DNA of 54,804 bases from a bacterium (GCA_030648495.1 JAUSHV010000045.1:1-54804); one strand, 5' to 3'. Counted from the stretch's first letter, positions 8,651 to 17,415 are shown. Numbers and translations: made by a program. The notes: a model not told the origin generated them from the sequence alone.

Positions 8651-9411
8651 GACGCGAGCCAGCCGCCGTCAACCGTAAATGTCGAACCGGTTACATAACT
8701 CGCCTCGTCTGAAGCAAGAAACACAACCATCGCCGACACTTCTTCCGGCCTGCCTATTCTTTTGAGCGGGACTCTTTGCTCTAAAAATTCCTGCATGTCG
8801 GCTTCAGTAAGCCGGACTTTTCGACTCATCAGAGTATCTATCGCTCCGGGAGCAATAGCATTTACCAGTATTCCAAACGGCGCCCATTCAATGGCAAGAG
8901 CTTCCGTCATCCCGATAACTCCGCCTTTTGAGGCGGTGTAATGAGCGCCTCCATCGAGCCCTATCCCCATCCCGCCGGAAGCAATTGAAGCAATGTTGAT
9001 TATCCGCCCTCCACCCGTTTTTATCATTTCTTTGGCGGCACGCTGTGCGCAAAAAAACTGCCCTTTCAAATTGATATCAATTAAATTGTCCCAATCTTCT
9101 TCGGTTATTTCCACCGCCGGTTTCGGATTATAAATTCCGGCGTTGTTCACCAAAATATCCAGCCTTCCAAATTTTTTTATTACTTCATCAAATACCGAAT
9201 CAATCTCCGCCTTACTGGTAACATCCATCTTAAAACAAACTGCCTCACCGCCTTTTGAAATTATTTCATCTACGACCACGGAGCACCCTTCACCTGTACG
9301 GTCTGTTACCACTACTTTCGCGCCCTGCGACGCCAAAGTCAAAGCATGGGCTCTGCCCATTCCCTGTTTTCCTCCCGTCACCAACACGATTTTATTTTTT
9401 AGGTTAAACAT
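8647..9411 (-). CDS. Short-chain dehydrogenase/reductase (FabG-like)
   Basis: VTGGKQGMGRA (TGxxxGxG), NNAG, YTASKGG (YxxxK). Confidence 0.85.
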   Translation of the reverse strand: MFNLKNKIVLVTGGKQGMGRAHALTLASQGAKVVVTDRTGEGCSVVVDEIISKGGEAVCFKMDVTSKAEIDSVFDEVIKKFGRLDILVNNAGIYNPKPAVEITEEDWDNLIDINLKGQFFCAQRAAKEMIKTGGGRIINIASIASGGMGIGLDGGAHYTASKGGVIGMTEALAIEWAPFGILVNAIAPGAIDTLMSRKVRLTEADMQEFLEQRVPLKRIGRPEEVSAMVVFLASDEASYVTGSTFTVDGGWLAS

Positions 9412-9446
9412 ATTTATTTCGGTTTCAATTCGCCGTATACCGTTTC

Positions 9447-9818
9447 TTATGCAAAAAAGTTTTTTATCTTCTCTACGATTTCCGCGACAGCATGGTTTGA
9501 TTTAACAAGATAATCGCCGGCTCCCAGCCGAAGACCCTTTTTTATATTTTCATCTTCTCCTAAAAGCGTGAGAATAATGACGGGGATGTTTTTGGTATCC
9601 GGAGATTTTTTCATTTCCTCCAATACTTCAAATCCGTGCTTTTTTGGCAAAATAAGGTCAAGTAATACTAAATCGGGTTTTTTGGACCTTGCCAATTCCA
9701 AACCTGCCTCACCATCAAACGCCTGTGATACGTCAAAACCCGCGTCAACAAGCTCCGCGCGAAGCACTTTAGAAAGCACCTCGTCATCTTCTATTAATGC
9801 TATTTTTATTTTACCCAT
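9447..9818 (-). CDS. Stand-alone response-regulator receiver domain
   Basis: 123 aa, CheY-like: IEDDEVL, LVLLDLILPKK, lysine in YLVKS. Confidence 0.85.
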   Translation of the reverse strand: MGKIKIALIEDDEVLSKVLRAELVDAGFDVSQAFDGEAGLELARSKKPDLVLLDLILPKKHGFEVLEEMKKSPDTKNIPVIILTLLGEDENIKKGLRLGAGDYLVKSNHAVAEIVEKIKNFFA

Positions 9819-10185
9819 TTAATTTTTCCTGAACTATTTTGACAATATCTTCAACTTTATAATCTGATTTTATAATATATTCATACACGCCGGCCTCAAC
9901 GGCGTCGGCCACCGGCGTTACTTTATCTAGCGCCGTAAGAATAATAATCGGGATATTTTTTGTTTCCGGATCAGCTTTCAGCTTTTTAGCCACAGTGATT
10001 CCGTCCATTTTTGGCATTAAAATATCCAAAAGAACAAGCGCCGGCTTCTTTGCAATAACCATGGCAAGCCCCTCTTCCCCGTCAAAAGCTCTTTCCACCA
10101 AAAACCCCGCGTCTTTTAATCCGCTATAAAGAGCATCTGATAAAATTTTGTCATCTTCTATTAAAGCTATTGTTGCGCTACTCAT
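9811..10185 (-). CDS. Stand-alone response-regulator receiver domain
   Basis: 124 aa: IEDDKIL, LVLLDILMPKMDG, YIIKS. Overlaps the next gene by 8 nt. Confidence 0.85.
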   Translation of the reverse strand: MSSATIALIEDDKILSDALYSGLKDAGFLVERAFDGEEGLAMVIAKKPALVLLDILMPKMDGITVAKKLKADPETKNIPIIILTALDKVTPVADAVEAGVYEYIIKSDYKVEDIVKIVQEKLNG

Positions 10186-10206
10186 ATGAATTAATGATAC
10201 TCCAAT

Positions 10207-11550
10207 TTATTCTCGTTGCAAAACCAATCCTTTTTCTCCGGCGCGGGGCTTTGTCGTGAGAGGAAGCTCGATAAAGAAAGCTGTGCCCTTCCCTTCTGTT
10301 GACTCAAACCAAATTTTCCCGCCCAAAAGATTTGCCGATTCCCGCACAATATACAATCCAAGCCCCGTGCCGTCCGGCTTTGAAATAACCGCGTTAGACG
10401 CGCGCATGAACTTTGCAAAAATACGCGCTTGCTCTCCTTTGGGTATTCCTATACCCGTATCCCTGACCGTAACAAATACGGAATCTTTCTTTTCTTCCAA
10501 TGATATCTCTACCTTCCCATTTGCGGGAGTGTAGCTAACGGAATTGGAAATAAGATTTTGTATAATATATCCAAATAGATTTTTATCCGTAACCGCAACA
10601 AGTTTTTCTGGATGCTTTGTAAAAACACACGATATCTTTCCCTTATCAAAGAGGGCCTGGTATTCGCGGATATAACCATTGATTAGCAGAACCAAATCTA
10701 AAGGCTCCGGCTGTATGACAACGCTGCCGGATTCAATGCGCGATACATTAAGCAAAAGTTTAATGAGCACGGAGAGCCGCTTCGCGGACAAATAAATATC
10801 ATTTAGGTATTCCGTGCCTTCCTTGGTTAATTTTTCTTTTTTTAAAAAAAGTTCAATAGTCCACTCAATGCCCGTGAGCGGCGTGCTGAGTTGATGCGAA
10901 GCAAGCGAAACAAATTCGCTTTTCGCGCGGTCCATTTCCTTTTCTTTAGTCATATCGGTAAATACGGCAACGCTTTCAACAAAGTTACCGTCTTCATCAA
11001 ATCTCGGGCTTGGCGAAGTTATCGTATCAATTTTCGACCCGTCCTTGCGCAACCAGGCAATTTCATAGCTTTTATGTTCTCCTTTTTTCCTTTTTTGCAT
11101 TTGCTCATGCAAAATTTTCCTATTTTCCTCATCAAACACCATTTCCGTTGGCTTGCCAAGCAACTCCTCTAAAGTATAGCCGAGCATTTCACAGCCGCGC
11201 CTGTTCATAAAAGTGATTGTTCCGTTTTTATCTTGTACTCCCAACCCCTCCTCCATTACTCCAACCAGATTGCGATACTTCTCCTCAGATTGTTTGATGA
11301 TTTTCTCTTCAGTCCAAATATCCTCCAAAACATTAAGGACAGCTATCTTCGTATTTTCCAAATCCTTTGTTTTTTCTTTGAGCGCAAAATTAGCTCCCTC
11401 CAACTTCTTGTAGAATTCTTTAAGAGTCTTCGCCGTCGTCGCCAACTTACGCCTGATACTTTCCTTCTCCTTCGCCGTCACTACCAGCTTTTTGACTTTG
11501 AGCTTGAGTGTTACATTCTTCGCTGCGGAAATATTCTTTTTTTTATCCAT
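10207..11550 (-). CDS. Soluble PAS-domain sensor histidine kinase
   Basis: Coiled-coil N-terminus, PAS domain, H-box FVSLASHQLSTPL, N/G boxes DTGIGIP and GTGLGLYIV. No TM segment seen. Confidence 0.85.
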   Translation of the reverse strand: MDKKKNISAAKNVTLKLKVKKLVVTAKEKESIRRKLATTAKTLKEFYKKLEGANFALKEKTKDLENTKIAVLNVLEDIWTEEKIIKQSEEKYRNLVGVMEEGLGVQDKNGTITFMNRRGCEMLGYTLEELLGKPTEMVFDEENRKILHEQMQKRKKGEHKSYEIAWLRKDGSKIDTITSPSPRFDEDGNFVESVAVFTDMTKEKEMDRAKSEFVSLASHQLSTPLTGIEWTIELFLKKEKLTKEGTEYLNDIYLSAKRLSVLIKLLLNVSRIESGSVVIQPEPLDLVLLINGYIREYQALFDKGKISCVFTKHPEKLVAVTDKNLFGYIIQNLISNSVSYTPANGKVEISLEEKKDSVFVTVRDTGIGIPKGEQARIFAKFMRASNAVISKPDGTGLGLYIVRESANLLGGKIWFESTEGKGTAFFIELPLTTKPRAGEKGLVLQRE

Positions 11551-11557
11551 CTTTGGC

Positions 11558-12082
11558 CTATTTTTTCAAGTCTTCGATTTCTTTTTTGAGTTCTACCATT
11601 TTTAATTCCCTCCCTATCATGGTTTTATTCAACAATTCCAACTCTTCGGTCCGGGCTTTTAGTTGCTCCTGAGCGCGTTTTAAATCGTTAACTTCTCCCA
11701 CTTTTTCGATATCACGAAAGACGCGTTTTACCGACAGCGCGAGACGAGTGAGATTATTCTTTAATATGTAATCGGACGCTCCACTTTCTATAATCATAAT
11801 TGCCTCTTCATCCTTCATTGCTCCGGTAACAAGAATTACGGGGCAACCGGGACACTTCTTTTTGACGATTCCGAGGGCCGAAAGACCGTCAAATCCGGGG
11901 AGTTTATAGTCCGAGAGAATTATGTCCGGCTTAAAAGTATCCAACGAGTCTGAAAAATCTTCTCTCGCCATAACAACCTTTGAGACGAATTTTAAACCGC
12001 CTTTCCGCAATTCGCGTTCCATCAATTCCGCGTCAGCCGGCTCATCTTCCAATATTAAAATTTTATATTCTTTAGCATCCAT
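11558..12082 (-). CDS. Response-regulator receiver with a C-terminal coiled-coil tail
   Basis: LEDEPADAEL, IILSDYKLPGFDG, YILKN, then ~50 aa of heptad-like sequence (KRAQEQLKARTEELELLNK..). Confidence 0.8.
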   Translation of the reverse strand: MDAKEYKILILEDEPADAELMERELRKGGLKFVSKVVMAREDFSDSLDTFKPDIILSDYKLPGFDGLSALGIVKKKCPGCPVILVTGAMKDEEAIMIIESGASDYILKNNLTRLALSVKRVFRDIEKVGEVNDLKRAQEQLKARTEELELLNKTMIGRELKMVELKKEIEDLKK

Positions 12083-12090
12083 TGAATTTA

Positions 12091-12555
12091 TCAGTCATCT
12101 GTGTGCGTAGACTTGTTCAAAACCATCCAATACAGACCGACTTGGGAAATGGCCGCGGCAAAATCATCAAATTTAATGGGCTTAATGACATAACTATTTA
12201 CCCCAAACTTGTAACTTTCTTTAAGGTCCACATTCTCCTTGGATGACGTTATTACGACAATCGGAATCTCTTTAGTGCGCTCATCAGCCTTCACCTTTTG
12301 CAAAACCTCCAGGCCGCTTACTTTGGGAAGTTTCAAGTCAAGCAGAATAACTTTTGGGTTTTTAGAACTAGCTGTCCGTTCAGCATATTTACCTGTGCCA
12401 AAAATAAATTCAAGCGCTTCTTCTCCGTCTTTGACTACATAAACTTGGTTGCCAAAATTATACTTCTTGAGCGTTCGCAGTATTAGCTCGACATCATTGG
12501 GATCATCTTCAACCAGCAATATATCGACCTCTTTAAAATTTGTATTTCTTTCCAT
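12091..12555 (-). CDS. Stand-alone response-regulator receiver domain
   Basis: [30 protein letters not shown]. Confidence 0.85.
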   Translation of the reverse strand: MERNTNFKEVDILLVEDDPNDVELILRTLKKYNFGNQVYVVKDGEEALEFIFGTGKYAERTASSKNPKVILLDLKLPKVSGLEVLQKVKADERTKEIPIVVITSSKENVDLKESYKFGVNSYVIKPIKFDDFAAAISQVGLYWMVLNKSTHTDD

Positions 12556-12603
12556 ATTTTTTAATATTTATTAATTTTTAATATTAAATTGATTATATCA
12601 TAC

Positions 12604-13716
12604 TCAATGCACGGCAGGTAATGTAAAATAAAATGTGGCGCCCTCATCAACCTTTCCTTCGGCCCACACCTTTCCATCATGTCTTTCCACAATGCGCTTA
12701 GTAATGGCGAGCCCGACACCGGTCCCCTCGTATGCTCCCCGGGCGTGTAACTGCTGAAAAATCTGAAAAAGCTTACCGACATACTGCATATCAAAACCGA
12801 CGCCGTTGTCTTTTATAGAGTAAACTGCCATGTTATTTTCAGTCTTACATCCTATATCAATTATAGCCTCTTCCCGTAATCTTGTAAATTTGATGGCGTT
12901 GGATAATAGATTCGCCCAAACCTGTCTCATGAGTATCGGGTCCACCTTGGCTCGCGGGAGTACTCCGAAGTTAACCGTTATTTTTCTTTCCGGCACGGAT
13001 TTTTTCAGCTCTTCAAATACTACTTTAGCCATATCACTCATTTCTATTTCTTGAGTTGTCATTGGTTGGCTCCCGGTACGGGAGAGGATGAGCAAATCAT
13101 CAATGAGCTTCTCCATCAAACTGATACTTTGCCCGATGACAGAAATAATCCGCTTTCCCTCATCGTCAAGCTTGGGAGTATACTCTTCAACTAAAATCTT
13201 AGAGAAGCCATCTATTGCCCTAAGCGGTGCCCGCAAGTCGTGAGACACGGAGTAAGTAAATGCTTCCAAATCCTTCCTGGATTTATCTACTTCATTCGCT
13301 ATTTTATTGCGCTTCGTTATATCCCGTATATTGCATTGAATCGTCTTTACCGTACCGACAGAATATACACTACTCACGAACTCAACCTCAATCTCTTGAC
13401 CGTCTTTTGTCAGAAGCGGCAAACTTTCATGCCGAATAGATCCTTTAAATTGCAATTCTTCAAAAAGTACTTTGGCGGATTGAATATCTCTGAAAGTCCC
13501 AATTTCCCAAAACTTTTTCCCTATGATTTCGTCCAGAGAGTATCCAAGCACTCCCAACAAATGGGCATTGGCATCAATAATCTTTTCTGTTTTGAAATCA
13601 ATTAATAATATTCCGTCTTCTGCTGTATCGAAAAGCTTCCTATAGCGCTCTTCGGCAATAGCGATTTTTTTGAAATCTTCTAACTCGCTTTGTTTAACTT
13701 TGTTATTTTTCAACAA
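12604..13716 (-). CDS. Soluble PAS-domain sensor histidine kinase
   Basis: PAS domain, H-box FTYSVSHDLRAPL, DNGVGFD, GTGVGLAI. No TM segment. Confidence 0.85.
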   Translation of the reverse strand: MLKNNKVKQSELEDFKKIAIAEERYRKLFDTAEDGILLIDFKTEKIIDANAHLLGVLGYSLDEIIGKKFWEIGTFRDIQSAKVLFEELQFKGSIRHESLPLLTKDGQEIEVEFVSSVYSVGTVKTIQCNIRDITKRNKIANEVDKSRKDLEAFTYSVSHDLRAPLRAIDGFSKILVEEYTPKLDDEGKRIISVIGQSISLMEKLIDDLLILSRTGSQPMTTQEIEMSDMAKVVFEELKKSVPERKITVNFGVLPRAKVDPILMRQVWANLLSNAIKFTRLREEAIIDIGCKTENNMAVYSIKDNGVGFDMQYVGKLFQIFQQLHARGAYEGTGVGLAITKRIVERHDGKVWAEGKVDEGATFYFTLPAVH

Positions 13717-13759
13717 ATTTATCTTCGTCGATTAATAGCTTATTAAAATTCTTTATATT

Positions 13760-14089
13760 TTACCGAAAATGCTTCTTAATGTGCCCCCATGTGCGTTTTG
13801 CTTCCATGGCAAGATTTTTTTCTTCTTGAAGCGAGAGCTGTTTGACTTTAGCAAATTTCTTGGCTCCTTCCTGCACGAATGCGTTAAATTCTTCCTGGCC
13901 CATGCGCTTCAGTTTTTTAACCTGAGGCGAGAGATATCGATAAAATTCTCCCGAAAGTTTTTTGATATTTTTTCCCGCTTTCTTCTCTAGTTTCTTTCCT
14001 GTCTCCGACGCTAGAAACATTCCAGCCGCGACGCCCAAAACCGCCCCGATTAACGCTCCTTCTACAAGTTTCCCTTTATTTTTTTTCAT
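13760..14089 (-). CDS. YtxH-like small membrane-anchored protein
   Basis: N-terminal GALIGAVLGVAAGMFLA helix followed by a Lys/Glu-rich helical tail. Confidence 0.55.
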   Translation of the reverse strand: MKKNKGKLVEGALIGAVLGVAAGMFLASETGKKLEKKAGKNIKKLSGEFYRYLSPQVKKLKRMGQEEFNAFVQEGAKKFAKVKQLSLQEEKNLAMEAKRTWGHIKKHFR

Positions 14090-14108
14090 ATTATTTTTAT
14101 TTATTTAT

Positions 14109-14369
14109 TTATTTTTTTAAATGACTTCTCCGACCTTTTTCCAAAAAATACGAAAGCACAGGCAAATCCGAAAGCCTGTCTATAATATCATTTATCCTCT
14201 CTCCCGCTTCGCTCGAGGCTTGGTTAAGATTCCGCGAAAGTCCTTCGAGCTCGCGGGTTATATGTATCAAATGGTACGCCACAACCGCACAAAATATCCC
14301 CACGGCAATTATTGCAGTAGACACCGTAATATAAAAAACCGTCTGTGCGAGAATAAGGGCTGTTATCAT
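14109..14369 (-). CDS. Small membrane-anchored protein (DUF948-like)
   Basis: One N-terminal TM segment plus a helical tail, paired with the YtxH-like gene. Confidence 0.45.
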   Translation of the reverse strand: MITALILAQTVFYITVSTAIIAVGIFCAVVAYHLIHITRELEGLSRNLNQASSEAGERINDIIDRLSDLPVLSYFLEKGRRSHLKK

Positions 14370-14399
14370 AGCCTTATTATGTCTCTTTTTTTTGTTTTG

Positions 14400-14749
14400 T
14401 GGAAGTGCCGGGAATCGAACCCGGGTCGGAAAAGTTTGAATTCGGCGGTTGACAAGCTTAGTTGCTCAGCGTTAGCCAAGACTTTTGCCCTTATTCAAAT
14501 GTTAAGGCGGGCTTATTTAACATTGCCTCGCTAATATTACACCCGGATTCTTCTTAGCGAGAATCAAAAGACCGGATGCCTACGCGTTAAGCGTAAGAAG
14601 TGGCAAGCTGCATTGGCGAACCAAAAACAGCAGCTACTTTTTTAAATAAGTTTGCACTTATTGTGTTGTGAAGATAATTTTAAGAGCGAGCTTCACATAC
14701 TCTGCCTGAACGCGTGAAACCGTACTCTTCCTCGAGGCCGATCACTCCC
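14400..14749 (-). ncRNA. ssrA: tmRNA (SsrA)
   Basis: Minus-strand 5' GGGAGUG pairs with 3' CACUUCC-A, giving a 7-bp acceptor stem with a G3-U wobble. T-arm CCGGG-UUCGAUU-CCCGG. Internal tag ORF GCA AAC .. TAC GCT TAA = ANLFKKVAAVFGSPMQLATSYA*. CCA is not encoded. smpB is adjacent. Confidence 0.85.
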
Positions 14750-14779
14750 ATATTGGTAAAACCTAAACCCTTTCCTCCG

Positions 14780-14871
14780 GCGCAACATTTTTTAAGACAC
14801 GGATATTTTCTTGCTAGAAAATTCCTCGTGCTTGCGCCGGTCGCGCTCGCAAGGTCTTCAAAAATATTCGC
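14780..14871 (-). repeat. Repeat family A, copy 1 (sense on the minus strand)
   Basis: The reverse complement aligns end to end with 14952-15041 and with rc(33517-33612). See findings. Confidence 0.8.
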
Positions 14872-14951
14872 CCTCGGGAAGCGTTATTTTCGGTTTTTTT
14901 ATTTAAACGAGAATAAAAATTTTACTGGCGCTTTCCTAAAGTTGGCGCGGG

Positions 14952-15041
14952 CGCAAACTTTGCAAGACCTTGCGCAGGGCGACGGCCCGAGCAGAGCAAT
15001 CCGCCAGCAGGCGGATATGCGTGTCCTTGCAAATTTTGTGC
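14952..15041 (+). repeat. Repeat family A, copy 2 (sense on the plus strand)
   Basis: gcaaactttgcaagaccttgcgcag-GGGCgacgGCCC-gagcagagcaat-CCGCCagcaGGCGG-atatgcgtgtccttgcaaattttgtgc. Confidence 0.8.
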
Positions 15042-15082
15042 CAAGACAACAGAAAGCGCTCGCTAAAATTTTTATTCCCTAT

Positions 15083-15529
15083 TCAAATCTCTTTCAAAGT
15101 TCTCTCAATCTTTCGCTTGTCCTCGCGCTCTTTGATGCGCGCCCGTTCGTCGTATTTTTTGAGCCGCCGCGCGACCGCAATTTCTAGCTTGATTCTGTTA
15201 CCTTTAGTATATACCTTTATTGGCAGTATTGTCAAGCCCTTTTGGGCGACCTTACCAAGCAGGTAATCAATCTCTTTTTTAGTCAGCAAAAGCTTACGTT
15301 CACGCGTGGGATTATATTCTTTCGGGGTGTTTTTTGGCTGATAGGGAGAGATATTCGCGCCGACCAGAAAAAATTCTCCGTGCCTAGGAAAAATATATGT
15401 TCCCTCTAAATTCATGTGGTGAGTTTTTACGGATTTCACCTCCAAACCCAAAAGTGAAATACCGGCTTCATAAGTTTCGAGCATCTCAAATTCGTGCCAC
15501 GCTTTTCTATTTTCCGCTAAAGAAGCCAT
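15083..15529 (-). CDS. smpB: SsrA-binding protein
   Basis: 148 aa: NRKAWHEFEMLETYEAGISLLGLEVKS.., and a basic C-terminal tail. Confidence 0.9.
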   Translation of the reverse strand: MASLAENRKAWHEFEMLETYEAGISLLGLEVKSVKTHHMNLEGTYIFPRHGEFFLVGANISPYQPKNTPKEYNPTRERKLLLTKKEIDYLLGKVAQKGLTILPIKVYTKGNRIKLEIAVARRLKKYDERARIKEREDKRKIERTLKEI

Positions 15530-15546
15530 GCCTACATTTTGGCATT

Positions 15547-15575
15547 TTTACAAATACGAATCAATTTGCTAGTAT
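15547..15575 (+). promoter_or_regulatory. Candidate sigma70-type promoter upstream of infC
   Basis: TTTACA, 17-nt spacer, TAGTAT. The -10 element abuts the first possible infC codon. Confidence 0.3.
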
Positions 15576-16088
15576 ATTCCTATCCAAAGATTAAGACTCA
15601 ACAATCAAATAACTGCACCGGAAGTACGGGTAATCGGGCCTGAAGGAGAAAATTTCGGGGTTATAAGCATTGCAGAGGCGCTCACCAAGGCGCGGGAGTC
15701 TGGCTTGGATCTCATCGAAATCTCCCCCACCGCAAAGCCGCCGGTAGCCAAAATAATGGATAAAGGAAAATATTTTTACGAACAGGAGAAAAAAAGAAAA
15801 CAGGCCGCGAAAAAACAAAAAGATGTAGAGATAAAAAGTGTGCGAATCGGCATCGGCACCTCGCTCCACGACATGGAACTCAAAGCTAAACAAGCGGATG
15901 AATTTTTGACAGAGGGCAATAAAGCCAAAGTTGACCTGGCTTTAAGAGGCCGCGAAAAATATTTGGACAGAAAATTTCTGGAGGAGCGGATTGAGCGTTT
16001 TTTGGCGATAATCTCACACTCTTTTGACCGGGAAGATGTTAAAAAAGGGCCCAGGGGCCTCTCCTTGATTATTGGACCCAAGAAATGA
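15576..16088 (+). CDS. infC: Translation initiation factor IF-3, non-canonical start
   Basis: The track ORF starts at TTG 15705. The same frame is open back to a stop at 15570-15572 and encodes the conserved N-domain ..NNQITAPEVRVIGPEGENFGVISIAEALTKARESGLDLIEIS. The only in-frame candidate starts are ATT 15576, ATC 15582 and ATA 15609. Confidence 0.8.
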   Translation: MPIQRLRLNNQITAPEVRVIGPEGENFGVISIAEALTKARESGLDLIEISPTAKPPVAKIMDKGKYFYEQEKKRKQAAKKQKDVEIKSVRIGIGTSLHDMELKAKQADEFLTEGNKAKVDLALRGREKYLDRKFLEERIERFLAIISHSFDREDVKKGPRGLSLIIGPKK

Positions 16089-16104
16089 TATAGTCTATTA
16101 ACTT

Positions 16105-16305
16105 ATGAGCAATAAAGCAAAAACCAACAAATCCATACTAAAACGGATGAAAATAACCAAAACCGGCAAAATAATGCGCATGCCCGGGGGTATTAACCAT
16201 TTTCAGGCCAAAGTGAGGCGCTCCAAGCAACTGAGCAAAAAGAGGAACACTTCATTGGGCACGCCCGACAAAGTGCAGCTAAAAACCTATCTTTATCATA
16301 AATAA
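16105..16305 (+). CDS. rpmI: Ribosomal protein L35
   Basis: 66 aa, basic: KTNKSILKRMKITKTGK. Sits in the infC-rpmI-rplT context. Confidence 0.9.
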   Translation: MSNKAKTNKSILKRMKITKTGKIMRMPGGINHFQAKVRRSKQLSKKRNTSLGTPDKVQLKTYLYHK

Positions 16306-16314
16306 AAAACAAAT

Positions 16315-16665
16315 ATGACACGCGTAAAAAAAGGAAAAATGGCTTTGAAGCGGAGAAAAAACGTCCTTGCACAAACAAAGGGTTTCCGCTGGCAGAGAAA
16401 ATCAAAAGAGCGCGCCGCCAAGGAAGCCTTGCTTCATGCGGGGCACCACGCTTTTCAGGACCGCAGAAAAAAGAAAGGTGGCTTCCGCGCGCTTTGGAAT
16501 ATTAAAATAAATGCGGCCGTACGCGAGCAAGGCTTGTCTTACAGCAAATTTATTAACCAGCTCAAGAAAGCCAATATCACCTTAAACAGAAAAATGCTCT
16601 CTGAGCTCGCCGAACATCATCCCGACATCTTCAAAAAAATAGTAAGTTCAGTTTCGGCGAAATAG
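16315..16665 (+). CDS. rplT: Ribosomal protein L20
   Basis: MTRVKKGKMALKRRKNVLAQTKGFRW.. Confidence 0.92.
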   Translation: MTRVKKGKMALKRRKNVLAQTKGFRWQRKSKERAAKEALLHAGHHAFQDRRKKKGGFRALWNIKINAAVREQGLSYSKFINQLKKANITLNRKMLSELAEHHPDIFKKIVSSVSAK

Positions 16666-17415
16666 CACCGAGACAAAGAAAAAGAATCCCGCAACAATAA
16701 CGAAAAGCGGACCCGGAGCGAGCCCGAGTATTTTTGCGGCAAAAATCCCCGCAACGGCTCCCAACACGCCCAAAACGGCCGAAAGCCAGATATAGCTTTT
16801 CATACTCCATGCAATGTTTCTCGCGGTCGCGGCAGGAATTATTATAATGGAGCCCATCAACAGCACTCCCGTAAATTTAATGCCCGCGGCAACTCCCAGC
16901 GCGAAGATGGTCAGAAACAAAAGCTCCAAAAAGTGTGGCTTGTATCCGACGGACAAAGAAAGATCCGGCGACATTAAAGTAAGCGCGAATTTTTTATAGA
17001 AAAGAAGCAAAAGGGATATTATTAAAAAAGAGACCGAAGCCGCGATAAAAACATCTGAAATGCCGATTTTGGAAATATCCCCGAAGAGAACTTCCAACAG
17101 CTCTTCCTCGGTTGAAAGCAGCGCCCCCACAGCCAAAGCCAGTGTAAAGACAACACCGACCAATGTTTCCACCGGAAGCTTGGTTCTGTGTTCAACTGCC
17201 CAGATTATCAAAGTCCCCAGAGCAAGAAAAACAAATGCGCCCAAGAACGGATTGAAATTGAAAATAATGCCCAAAGCTATGCCCGGCAAAGCAATGTGTG
17301 AAAGCGCGTCTCCCACCAAAGCCATGCGGCGCAAAAGCGCGAACGAACCTATCATTCCGCCTGCGGCGGCAATGGCTGAAGCCGCAAAAAGCGTGTATAA
17401 AAAATTAGTTTCCAT
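16648..17415 (-). CDS. Metal (Zn/Mn-type) ABC transporter permease
   Basis: ABC-3-like, ~8 TM segments. Track ORF trimmed to METNFLYTLF. Confidence 0.7.
   Translation of the reverse strand: METNFLYTLFAASAIAAAGGMIGSFALLRRMALVGDALSHIALPGIALGIIFNFNPFLGAFVFLALGTLIIWAVEHRTKLPVETLVGVVFTLALAVGALLSTEEELLEVLFGDISKIGISDVFIAASVSFLIISLLLLFYKKFALTLMSPDLSLSVGYKPHFLELLFLTIFALGVAAGIKFTGVLLMGSIIIIPAATARNIAWSMKSYIWLSAVLGVLGAVAGIFAAKILGLAPGPLFVIVAGFFFFVSVLFRRN

Noticed and set aside
14714-15187. 157-aa plus-strand ORF spanning the smpB-ssrA spacer.
   Set aside because: It is an artefact of stop-free repeat-A copies plus antisense overlap with the 5' end of ssrA and the smpB 3' end. Its only protein-like part is the repeat-encoded peptide.
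15591-15893. 100-aa minus-strand ORF opposite infC.
   Set aside because: It is antisense to the conserved IF3 N-domain and its composition is implausible.
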